From Podarcis muralis (Eukaryota), in assembly GCF_964188315.1 (NCBI RefSeq), contig NC_135662.1:39122001-39186000 (forward strand): 64,000 bases of DNA. The letters run 5' to 3'. The position numbers and the translations under genes are program-made. Each line of letters begins with the position of its first letter. Within the stretch, counting starts at the first letter, position 1. Below are positions 35,717 through 47,246 of this stretch, one piece after another. The notes beneath the pieces are model-generated. The model made no database searches. It was given only the letters and a program-made list of their open reading frames with translations, and was not told where the DNA came from.

Positions 35717-37522
35717 GATCTAGTACAGAGATAGTTGCCACAATTCTGCTTCCCCTAATTTGCATTCATAATACCCAGCTGAGCACCGAAAAAAAAGCTA
35801 AGCTATTTCCTTCAGGAGCTATGGAATCCAGTGCAGAGCACAAACATTTTAATTCCCCTTCTCTCTCATTGCTGAAGTGCCTGTGGCAACCCTGAGAATA
35901 TCTAAAAGCTAGCAGTAATGTGAGCCATTAGAAGATATAAGATCTGTAAAAGATGCTGCTACTCTGGAATTAGAGTTTGCAACACATCCTATACATTTTA
36001 GCCCAACATATATACAATAATGAAATAAAGTCTCCAGAGGGGGAGAGTGACACAGTCCATTACAAAACATACAGCATAACAAAATGGAATAACGTGTGGC
36101 TCATTTCATTGCAGCTATGACTAATATTATATTAACTCCACTGAAGGTTCTGACGAGCACTGCTGAGCAAGCTTTCCATATATTTTCATTTTGCAAATAG
36201 CATTCTAAAATAGAAAAGAAAAAACCACCCATGCTTGTGTTTAAAAAACCAAGAAAATAAGGTGTTTGAAGTGTGCTTCAGTCTCTTGGGGAAACTTGGC
36301 AGCAGTAAACAAAAAATAAAGAACACATATTTCAAATCTGCAAGCTAAACTTATTAGATAAGCAGTTTTGTTTCACTGTATTTGCTAAAGAAATCACTCC
36401 AATGGACACAGTCCAGGATTATTATTATTACTATTATTGTATCTTTGATGCACTCAACTCCATTGAGATCCATGACTCAAAGCAGTTTTAAAACTGCTTA
36501 ATTCTACCATTTATCCAGTTTCTCCAATTGGTCCAGGATACAATGCAAACATATTTCCTCTAACCTTTTGAAGATGGTGACAAGGAAGGGTAACGAATAT
36601 TAGAACAAAATAAGCAAAGCATTAATTTATACCATGATTTCTAATATGCACTATTTAACTCAACGAGGTGGTTGTCTCAGTTGAGTTGTTTTTAAAACAT
36701 TTTTTCATGCTGACATGCAGGCATAACTTGTAAAATGCTAGCAAGGGGCTGTTAAACTTTGTAAGCAGTTAATCTTTAATTTTCTTACAGCTGAACTTAA
36801 TGGAAAATAGTCCCTTTAACTTTCCGTTTGAACTGTGTGTCCTAGTTGTGCAGTGAAGGTGGGCCAGGGAAGAGGGATGTAATCTCTGAAGAGGTCACTT
36901 CAAGATTTCTCTGCTATGCACCACAGCTGTGAAGTGAAGGGTAGAGACAAGATGGGTGGGGAAAGGGTCATGTTACCAGGCAGACTCTAGGCAGCAACCT
37001 CATCTTTGCCAACACAGCCAGTGAGATCTGCTGAGCACAGAGAGCACTTTCATTTTTTAAGCCACTCTTGCCTAACATCTCTGTAGCTTGGAGGGTGATT
37101 TGAGTGGAGCTAACAAACAAACCAATCTTAAATCATGCATTATGATTTCGATATTTTATTTCACAAATGCATAAACTGCTTGCTCCTGCCCCCGAATCTC
37201 AAAGTGACAAACCAATTCAATTATATATCAAACAATGACTAAAATACACAAGACAGTTACAAACAAATATATATATATAATACCATAATTTTAAAAAGAT
37301 AAAATTGATAAAAGATTTAATACAAATGTAACTTCATAATCTCTCTGGACAGGCTTGCTGAAACAGAAAATTTTTCAGTGGGCATCTAAAACAGTATAGT
37401 GAAGATGCCTGCCTCAACCATTACAGGGAAGTTTTTAATAATTGATGCTTTATTGTGTTTTTATTATTTTGTTGCGAGCCACCCAGAGTGGCTGGGGCAA
37501 CCCAGTCAGATGAGCAGTACAT

Positions 37523-37748
37523 NNNNNNNNNNNNNNNNNNNNNNNNNNNNNNNNNNNNNNNNNNNNNNNNNNNNNNNNNNNNNNNNNNNNNNNNNNNNNN
37601 NNNNNNNNNNNNNNNNNNNNNNNNNNNNNNNNNNNNNNNNNNNNNNNNNNNNNNNNNNNNNNNNNNNNNNNNNNNNNNNNNNNNNNNNNNNNNNNNNNNN
37701 NNNNNNNNNNNNNNNNNNNNNNNNNNNNNNNNNNNNNNNNNNNNNNNN
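37523..37748. other. Assembly gap (226 N)
   Basis: Run of n directly after an L2 3' end (37430-37522). Confidence 1.
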
Positions 37749-37904
37749 CTAATAGTAATACACTGAGCTTGACTCCATAACAAATTGGCAGTCAGTGAAG
37801 CTGGCAGGTGCTGACATACTCTACTGTCAGCAATCATACTATAGCATTCGTCAGTTACTCCATTTCTTGGACCGTGTTCAATGGAAACCCCACATAGAGT
37901 TAAA

Positions 37905-38078
37905 TAGTGCTTTTTTCTTTAAAAAATGTTTAGGGATACTCTCCTTTTGACTCAAGAAAACCACCATTTTATAGATCAGTTTTGGGGGAAAACATACAGT
38001 AAATGGACAAAAGTACAAAGATTCACAAAATGTTTAGGGGTATGCATCCCCCTGCATCCCCCCAGAAAAAAAGCACTG
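37905..38078. mobile_element. 174-bp hAT MITE, longer sister of 35642-35716
   Basis: TIR tagtgctttttt / aaaaaagcactg; TSD gagttaaa / gagttaag. Confidence 0.87.
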
Positions 38079-38304
38079 GAGTTAAGGAACCATCATTAAG
38101 GTGAGTAAGCCATGGTTTTTTGTTGCAAACAAACCATAGTTCATAAGCCAATGTTAAGGTGCTGGACTGGGATTGTCTGTAACAACAAACCACGGCTTTT
38201 AAACTTAGGTTTACATAACCTGTGATTTAACTTAACATGTGAACTAGGTGAAAATTGTACCGTATAGATGAATTACTAGTATTATCCCTGCTAAGCTTCT
38301 TGCC

Positions 38305-38633
38305 GGGACACAGGTGGTGCTGTGGGTTAAACCACAGACCTAGGGCTTGCCTAGCAGAAGGTCGGCAGTTCGAATCCCCACGAGGGGTGAGCTCCCATGG
38401 TTCGGTCCCTGCTCCTGAAGCATGTCAAGGTGCAAGTTGATAAATAGGTACTGCTCCGGCGGGAAGGTAAACAGTGCTTCCGTGCGCTGCTCTGGTTCGC
38501 CAGAAGCGGCTTAGTCCTGCTGGCCACATGACCCAGAAGCTGTACGCCAGCTCCCTCTGCCAGTAAACCGAGATGAGCACCATAACCCCAGTCGGCCACG
38601 ACTGGACCTAATGGTCAGGGGTCCCTTTACCTT
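38305..38633 (+). mobile_element. Sauria SINE, full length
   Basis: Perfect 13-bp TSD taagcttcttgcc (38292-38304, 38634-38646). Confidence 0.95.
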
Positions 38634-41600
38634 TAAGCTTCTTGCCATTATCAGTTACTGCACAGCTTAACCCGTGGTAATCTCCTTCTTCAAACAGCTG
38701 ATTTAAAATTGAGGTAAAAACAACTCTCTTTACTGAAAACATTGCCAGCAGGACTGTCACTTTCTAAAAGATACATTAATCTCTACTGGAAGCAAATCAT
38801 CCAGTAACGCTTAGTGTAGGCTGAGAAACCTTTCGGTATTACTGCAATTTGTCAGATAGATTGTATTTGCTCTTTCTTGTGTTCACACTCCCTTTTCTAA
38901 AACTGTTTTACTTATTTCAGTCTTGATCCTTTAAAGCCCTAAATGGCATGGGACCATCATTCTTCAGTGATATCTTCCCCCAGCAAGTGTTTTCTAAATC
39001 ACTAAGATGACACAGAAAAAGGCAAGCTGCCAGGTAGGAAAAGGCCAGCGTTCCTACATTTGGGTTGAGTGATTTTCACTTGTGCTGGCTGTGAATGGCC
39101 AAGTTTAAAGATGAATGGAACTGCTTGGTTTCACTCGGGATTTATGTTTGCCAAGCTGGTTCTGCCATTCCAGAATTAGCCAAACCTTCCAGTGTGGATT
39201 CTGAATTCTGTTGTAAATCACTGAACAGCACTTTTAGCTCTGAGATGCAAACAGAAATGTGTTATGATCCTATAAACCACCATAAAATCGGGCTATGTTC
39301 AGAGCTTCATATTTGAGGCTCTTTCAATGTGAAATTAATGATGTAATTGATCATCCATGATTTTAACCAGTAAAAGGAAATCTGTTATAAGCGTTCCTAA
39401 AGCAGTATCTTATCTGTAGAGAAATATTCTCCAGGTGCACTACCATTTCATATATCTTATATTGTAAACTGTTCTGTGATCTTTAGCTGAAGGGTGGTAT
39501 AGAAATTTAATAAATAATTTAAAAATAATAATAAATAACCCATCTGTATGTATTGATGATGGGGGTGCTTCCATAATCCTATCATGTTGTATATTAATAT
39601 AACTAAGATTCATAAGCAAATAATGCATAGGAATGAATTATAACCAATTACCTTGGTCTGTCCATTTGTCTAATCACTCATTGCCTACACTACCAGAATC
39701 AGTTTTAAACTACCAGGGAATGGTAACAGCCTAATCTATACTTTTTCTAGTCCCCCAAAATGTGCAAATATATTTCAGGCTTTCAATTCTAAATTTCACA
39801 TATAAGCTGCCGGGTGGAATAGAGCAAGTTACCATGACAACAAACAGTGATGTATCCAAAGTAAAGGCAGAAGCTAAAAGCAGAGATAGATTGTGTAATG
39901 TATTTTATTATTTAGCAAAATAGTTGAGATTATAATGCAACAAGGTGAATCCAAGCTATATAGCACCATTCAAGTTATCAGTGTAGGTAATATGCTACAC
40001 TTCTGGCACCCCAAATTGCTCCATTTTCAAGGGCCGGAAGGGAAACATGTTGTAACATGACGTGACATAATTTGAGAGTTGGAGATTTGTGCTTTGGAGA
40101 CTGAAGTATACATTATATATTTCATTTCCATATGCATTTTCAAGTCCGCCAGAAAGGAGTGGGGCCTCCCAAACCCCAGGTTGGATCCAGATTTAGTCAT
40201 AGAGTAGACCCATTGAAATAAATAGTACTGGGCTAGAGATTCCTGTGGAGTTACAGCAGCTAAAAATCAGAGCTATCATTAAACAAGATACGGTGTGAGT
40301 TTCATGATGTTATTATCTAAAGTACTCTACTATTACTGGCAAGAAAATTAGTGTATCTTGGCTGATATGGCTTGTGGTTTAACTTGACTGTCAGACATTT
40401 CATTTTGAGGGGAATAAGATCGTTGATAGTGTGATAACCCCTCTGAGATATCAGAATGAAATTTCATCAACAGGTTCAAGACACAATTTTACATTTAAAA
40501 TTCAAAACTACTTATGCTCAGCTACCAATCCCTACAATTCTCTGTACCAATTCTGTCCATTGTTTTACATCTCAGGGAAGCTTTTAAAGTGAGTTTTTAC
40601 AGTAGGCACTTACGAATGAATTAAAAAGCACTGATTCAGCTCCAAGGGGAACCCCACCGTTCGTGAGAATTGCATTTATTTCTAATCTCAGCTTCCTGTT
40701 CTCCACCTATTAGAAGACCTGTCCTCTTTCAACATGGCTAAGTTTGCTCATGAAACTTCAGTTAGGACTCGGGCTGCTGGAAAGTTCAAATAACCAATGT
40801 CTCCCAGATAAATCCAAATGCTTCTTGGCACTCTGGAAGTGGATATATTGCAAACTGCCATGGGATCTGAATTAATGGACAGTTTAAAAATAAAACAAAT
40901 AAAAAGATAGTGAGGTTACTGGCCAAGCTTGGTCAAGTAACCAAAAGGATGCTGTTTGTGGCAAGGGGTTGAACAAAAGGGAGGCAAGCCAGCCCCCAAA
41001 CTCCAGATGACCCCACTCAGTGGTTTTATTTAGATGCTAAACATAGCATAACCAATACCTTGTTTATAGCATGCATTATCTTGAGCTTTCAGAAATATCA
41101 ATTAATGTGCTGCCAGATCCTTCAGAAGTCAGTGCAGCAAATGTGTCCACCACTGAAGGCATGCTGTGCATTACGTGTGCCTACTCAGAGGTAAGACTTA
41201 CTGAGTTAAATGGGACCCAGGTAAAGTGTCCATAGAAATACAAGCCTTAGAATCTGGAATTGTAAACCCCTTAGGCCTTACAGAGAGAGGGAAGGAAGCA
41301 ATGCTACAGAATAATGGAGAAGAGATTGTTTCACAAGAAGCAGTGAGTCCCTGATCAGAGAGAAAACTTTGGGTTCAGTCCTTCATAAAGATTATGTATT
41401 AACTGCAGAGAATAGTATAAGGGCTATTGGCTTAAGAAAATAGGGAAGACAACTCATGCAAGTAAGTAGATACTAGAGGCATGCACCAGCACCAAAATTT
41501 GACTTGCACCTGTAGCAAAATTTGACTTGCACCTGTCCGAGCTGCTCTGTGTCTTTCCAAGTTGGTTTGTTATTTGGGACCATTGGTCGACCTGTATTGT

Positions 41601-43473
41601 CTTGGTGGGCAAATGGTACTGCCTCACAGCAGGAAGCTGGTCTCAAGACCACAGAAAGCAATATTCTTTGCACTGATGGCAGGGAAATTGAAGGCTAAAA
41701 TTAACAGTGTCTGTTTTAATTCTTAGGGAAATGAATTAAACAGTGTCTGTTTTAATTCTTAGGGAAATTCTTAGGGAAATGCAGAGTAAATATTTCATTA
41801 CCCATCACCCTAAAAAGAATAGCAAGTTGTGTTGTGTTGTGAACCAAGGGGTGTTTTTTTGTTTGGTAATCAGAAAAGGTTCGGAGGTAGATGAGATCCC
41901 TAATGCTTATGGAAGAAGCAGTAATTACTAAACATTTTAATTATAGCTTTTTCTGGAAATAAGCTATTAGTTACTTCAAACTCTAATGAGTTTCTTTTTA
42001 CTTCTGATTGATGCATCCCCCCCCAACAGTATGTTTTCCAGTGCAATTTATTCACTTGTCCTGTTTATATAAATCCCTATATACTGGACTTTGGTCATGG
42101 AAGTTAAGCCTAAAAGGCTTTCATAGAGCGTTAGACACATGGAGGAAAAAACTGTGAATGGCTACTAACCATGATGGCTATGCTGTGCCTCCAAAGTTGG
42201 AGGCAATAATGCTTCTGAATATCATTTGCTGGAAACCACAGGAGGGGATGACTTTTTCTGACAGAATACTCTTTCCACTTACTCAGAAGCAGCTCTTCTA
42301 TGGAAAAAGAAAAAAAAGAAAAAAGCTAGTCAAAGGACATTGCCAGTCTAAATGTTGAGAACATTCCTGAACACCTCTGGAAAATTTTATTAGGAGGAAT
42401 ATATTTTTAATAATAAATAAATAAATAAATAAATAAATAAATAGCTGGTTTCTGGTGTCTGGCTTATTATGGGATATTTTAGCTCAAGGTTGTACATTTG
42501 CGCAAAGCTGTACCTGATTGTATCCTATTTGTTTTCCCTGGTATCTAAAATAATGCATGAATACATTGTCCGATCTGTATTGGAGTGATTTTCAGAACTA
42601 CCACTTTAACAGTGCAATGGAACAGTGATTCTGAAGTCATGATGTGCTATATAAAAGAAAATGGCTTATCTTGACCTGCTGCAAAATAAAATAAAATAAA
42701 AATGAAAGCACCACACAATATGAAAGACTGTCTAATCATGTGGAAGCAAGGGGATTGTATTTGACAAGGAAGAAGAAAGGAATAAGGGAGACAGAGAATA
42801 AAAGAAGACAGGTCTTCTTTATTAAAAAGGTGTTTTTCAGTTACTTGCTTTATTGATCAGGAAATGAATAGCTTGAAGCCTACACACCACTTCGATTACA
42901 AAAGTGAGGAAAGCAGCAAAGCAAACAATGTGTAGCTATTTACTATTGTACAGTCTTTGAAATTGCAGACATTTGGAAAACCAACTATTTTTTTAAGAGT
43001 CTATCAAAGCAAAAGGAGGAAAAGTGTGTAAACTGCCAGAATCCTTCACTGATCCTGTCTAACTTCAGAGGCAAGAATTTGTCTACTGTGCAATACTGAT
43101 ATGTGTCTTAAGTCTACAAAGATAAGCTCTGAATAAGCTACTTTCTGGGCTCTTTGGAATACTATAGAATCATCAAATCCCACAGAGGTTTCAGCCTGCA
43201 ACAGATGAGTGTGGGGCTCAGGTTTTGCTGAGTCATGTTCTCTCTCTAGCAATACTCCTAAAATTGGGATGGGAGTAATCATAGTAAAAGTTTATTGAAA
43301 CTTGTATTTTTCTCCAGTTCCCTTCCTTGCTCTCTCAGCTGTCCACTATTTCCACATCAGTGGGCTATTTCATTTTTTAAAAAAGGTTAGTCACTTTTTC
43401 TTGCCCAGGGCAACCCAAAGCAACTGTAAGCAACCCATTTGCAACCCAAAGCAACCCAAACCAACTGAACAGT

Positions 43474-43850
43474 TGTTGTCTCATGCAGTCTCTGAGCGGT
43501 GCAAGATTCCAGGGGTTCCAAGCACTTACCCAGGGTTTGTGTTTCCTTTAGAATGAGGCACAGGGGAGACTGTGGTGTCTTTACTATATATGGTTTATTT
43601 ACACATATATACAATGTGAGCCTATGATGGAGTGGTTCATAGCATTAACGCCCCAAGACAGTCTTGCTTCTCCAATAGCCGCAGTCTTGGATTCCAGCAG
43701 AAATCAGGCATGGTTCTCTCTCTCTCTCTCTCTCCCAGATGCCTACCAGCAGCCTGTCTCTAGCTTCTAGCTCACACAACTCAACTCTCTCAGCTCCGGC
43801 TTTCTAACTACCAGCGAGCTGAGGGAGGGGGGGAATTGATGCCATAATCT
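43474..43850 (-). mobile_element. Truncated LTR-like element
   Basis: Minus strand has AATAAA (43594-43599) followed ~120 nt later by a ...gacaaca end; internal (GA)n; other terminus and TSD not found. Confidence 0.45.
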
Positions 43851-44352
43851 ACAGTCATCTACATTGAGGAGCAGGGGAGAGGTTTCAGCTACGTGCATTT
43901 GATAAGAATTTTCCTGCTGTTGTTTTAGCTGCCATAGCTCATCTACCCACTTTAGTCTTTCCAAATAAAACTTTTTCAGAAGAGCAAGGAAGTGATCTTA
44001 TTGGAATAATGTGACTTTGGAATTTTGCTATTGCGTTTGCATGTATGGAGACTGTTTAATCTTTATCAGAATTTTCTTCAGGGGTTGAGGTTAAATGAGG
44101 TTTGGCTGTTGACTGATGTTTTGCTCAGTTTAGAATCACTTTTTTAAACTAAAGCCACACAATCTAAAACTTTCTCCTCCCTGGTGGTGATGCTCTTGAG
44201 TCTGAACAAACATTTGCAGTATTTGCCTCTAATAGATTTTCTGTCCTGGAGAAGAAGGAGATGTGAGGTTCACAAGTGAACATGAGATCCCCAGCCTAAG
44301 GCAGTAACAAATGACTGAAAGAAAAGAAAAAAAAAAAATGAACAAAAGGGAG

Positions 44353-45172
44353 CAGTGCTGGATTTATGTATAGGCACTGTGGGTTAAACCACAGAGCCTA
44401 GGACTTGCCGATCAGAAGGTCGGCGGTTCAAATCCCTGCGATGGGGTGAGTGCCCGTTCCTCGGTCCCTGCTCCTGCCAACCTAGCAGTTCGAAAGCACA
44501 TCAAAGTGCAAGTAGATAAATAGTTTCCACTCTGGCGGGAAGGTAAATGGCTTTTCTGTGCACTGCTCTGGTTCACCAGAAGTGGCTTAGTCATGCTGGC
44601 CACATGACCTGGAAGCTGTACGCCGGCTCCCTCGGCCAATAAAGCGAGATGAGCACCACAACCCCAGAGTCGGTCACGACTGGACCTAATGGTCAGAACT
44701 CCCTTTACCATTACCTTTAAGTAGGCTGAAGCCTAGGACCTCTAAATCTAGGGGGCTTTGCCAGCCATCCCGCTCCCCGGTGGGCAGTCTCCCCACTCCC
44801 AAAATTGCAAACCCAAGACTTCATGTAAGGGCAGGGCAACTTAGGCCTCAAAGTCTAGGGGGCCTCAGCAGCCTGCCCTCTCTCCAGTGCCGCTGTCTCC
44901 CCTCTCCCCTCTCCCAAGACTTCATGCAAGGGCAGGGAAACTCAGGCCCAGCAACTATTAGACTCAGAGCTAGCCAGTGGGGCCCAATTTGAAGCAGTGG
45001 GGCACAACTTGATTTTTTTTTTTTGTAGGGCCCCAGATAACAGCCTAAGTCTGCAAAATCTTTTAGATATAAATAAAATCCATCTAGATTGCTGTGGTGC
45101 AGGGACCCCCTTAGGAGCGGCCCGTGGGGCCCAATTTGGCCAATTGCTCCAATTGCCTTAAGGTCAGCCCTG
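44353..45172. mobile_element. hAT-like element(s) with a nested Sauria SINE
   Basis: Left end cagtgctggatttatgtataggc|taagtaggc aligns to the reverse complement of the right end of 24343-24662; right end ttaaggtcagccctg; no TSD, so may be two elements. Confidence 0.45.
44373..44718 (+). mobile_element. Sauria SINE, slightly 5'-truncated
   Basis: Collinear with the other copies; tail ccctttaccattaccttt. Confidence 0.92.
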
Positions 45173-46139
45173 ATGAGACTGTGCAGGGGTTGGACTGGCA
45201 AGCCCTGCACCTTCTAGGTCCCTGGTGCTACCATTCATAGTACAGACTCAAGGACTTGTTATGGAAATAAAGGGGGGCACTTATTGGAAATCAGTTTTGT
45301 CACCTCTTCCCCCTCAAACCCGAAACAATGAGCCCAGCCACCTTTAATTCACAGTCGCATAAACACTACACTACAGCATGGCCATAAACCTGTATGTTCA
45401 ACTGCTTAAATATACACCCAATATGTAGCAATGGAGATATATGTTACTGCTTTATGAATGAACACTGTGTTTTAAGAATGGACTCTGTATTTTGTGAATT
45501 ACCTAAGAGCCACCAATAGGGAACTCTAGTATCTGACAGCTAACCAATTGGGTACTACCAAATAGCGACCCCTATTGCTGATAGCAGGTAACCAGCAGGG
45601 AATGCTTCAGCTCAGCCTTTGCACTGTTGACTGAACACCCGCTGCTGTGCAGATAATGGAGAAAACTCGTAAATTGCATCTCTTCTGGCATCCTGGCCAA
45701 CTCTATTACGCTGGTGTAAACCCTGGTGCACCAGAAGCACAGAATAGCAGCAAATAAAAGCCACTCATTTGTCAGCAACTGATAAGATTGTCAACCAGTT
45801 CTTCCAAAGTCTTCCTAAATTATAAAGCTCCAAAATACAGCCCAAAAGAGAGCAGGTCTGGGAAGAGCAAGGCATACAATGGGCACCACCAGTGAAAAGG
45901 CCCTGCTCCATGTAACTTCTGCGCTGTCATTTGATAGAGTGCCCACTTGCCCTCCTTCTTGACATGGAACGCTCTCTGTTGGAGTCTCCAGGTCCAGTAC
46001 AAAGTCCATAAGAAGGGAGAGCAGGGACCTTGAAGTTCTCAACTGTTAATCAAGCAAGCAAGCACACAGGTCACCTTTGTCATAGTCAGGGCGCCTATGT
46101 CCTGGCCAGGCCTGCACCCAATCTTGTTTTTGTACAATC

Positions 46140-46490
46140 TTGTTTGTCCTCAGTAACCAAAATTATATTTTCAACATATTCAAGCAGAAAAGTTGTTTTC
46201 CTTCATTTGCAAGGAATCGTACAAAACAAAGTGGCACTAATAAAGAAAAGTTCCAGGGTGGCAACAGAAAGCAAACTAAAAGTGCTTTTGCAGTTCATCA
46301 AAACTATCCAGCAATATCAAGTTATAGGAAAACTGGTGCTGTTAACAGTAATCTTTCTAGTTGGCTAATTGGTTCAGCAACTTCCATGCACATGATGTGT
46401 GATGCTAATTATTTCCCCCAAGAGTTAAATGATAACTAATCAGATGCTGCCATGAGATTCAGGTGAGGGTCAGATGCCTTGTCAAGCAGG
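46140..46490 (+). mobile_element. Possible Ty1/copia gag-pol relic
   Basis: SWLIGSATSMHMMCDANYF resembles the copia protease motif WxxDSGAxxHM; SFARNR upstream resembles a decayed zinc-knuckle end. Confidence 0.35.
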
Positions 46491-46533
46491 TATATAAGAG
46501 GACGACCCGGCCTGCCCAGGCCTCTGGCCTGGT

Positions 46534-46586
46534 CATTTAAAGATATGTTCTATGATTGTGTGGATCATAGAACATATCTTTAAATG
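46534..46586. repeat. Perfect 23-bp inverted repeat with 7-nt loop
   Basis: catttaaagatatgttctatgat-tgtgtgg-atcatagaacatatctttaaatg. Confidence 0.97.
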
Positions 46587-47053
46587 TCGAATTATTCTAA
46601 TTTTCAAACCAATAAAATGATGTGGGGCTCTTACATGACATTTCTAATTTCCCCTTTAACACAGTCACTAGAAAAGCTTGCATGTAAGGAAGCACCTAAC
46701 AAATCATTCCAAAATAATTTCTTAGTACGGTAATTTTGGCCATTTTTTTTTTTTTTTTAGAAAACGAAAGTTTTATTGCTGATTGTATTTTTTTAATGAC
46801 ATTTCTCTCTCTCTCTCTCTTTCTCTGTTTATTGATCAAACACCGGCTGTGTATACGCTATACCTTTGAAGTACATTTGAAGCACATTTCGCCCCGTAAT
46901 GAATTCCTGGGCACCGTAGTTTGTTAATGGTTTAACTTTACAGGAATTATAACTCTGTGAGTGTGTGAAGGATGGCATGCTTTATGAGGGAATAGCCAAG
47001 TCTCCAGCAAAAGTGCCTCCATGTTGGAAAAAACTAGCTTTAACAGAGTTAGA

Positions 47054-47246
47054 AACACAGAAAGTTTTCTTATATTGAGCCAAACTGTTGGCCAGTTTAG
47101 CTCAGTGTTGTCTACATTAATTGGCAGTGACTCGCCAGGATTTCAGACAGGTGTCTCCTAACCTTACCTGGAGATGCTGGTGTTTGAACTTGAGAAACTT
47201 CTGCATGCAGAACAGATGCTCTGCCACTGAGCTATGGCTCTTCCCC
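47054..47246 (-). mobile_element. tRNA-Ala(TGC)-headed SINE
   Basis: Minus strand ccatagctcagtggcagagcatctgttctgcatgcagaag...gttcaaacaccagcatctcca. Confidence 0.78.

Noticed and set aside
37399-37837. ORFs containing X runs
   Set aside because: Artefacts of the N gap
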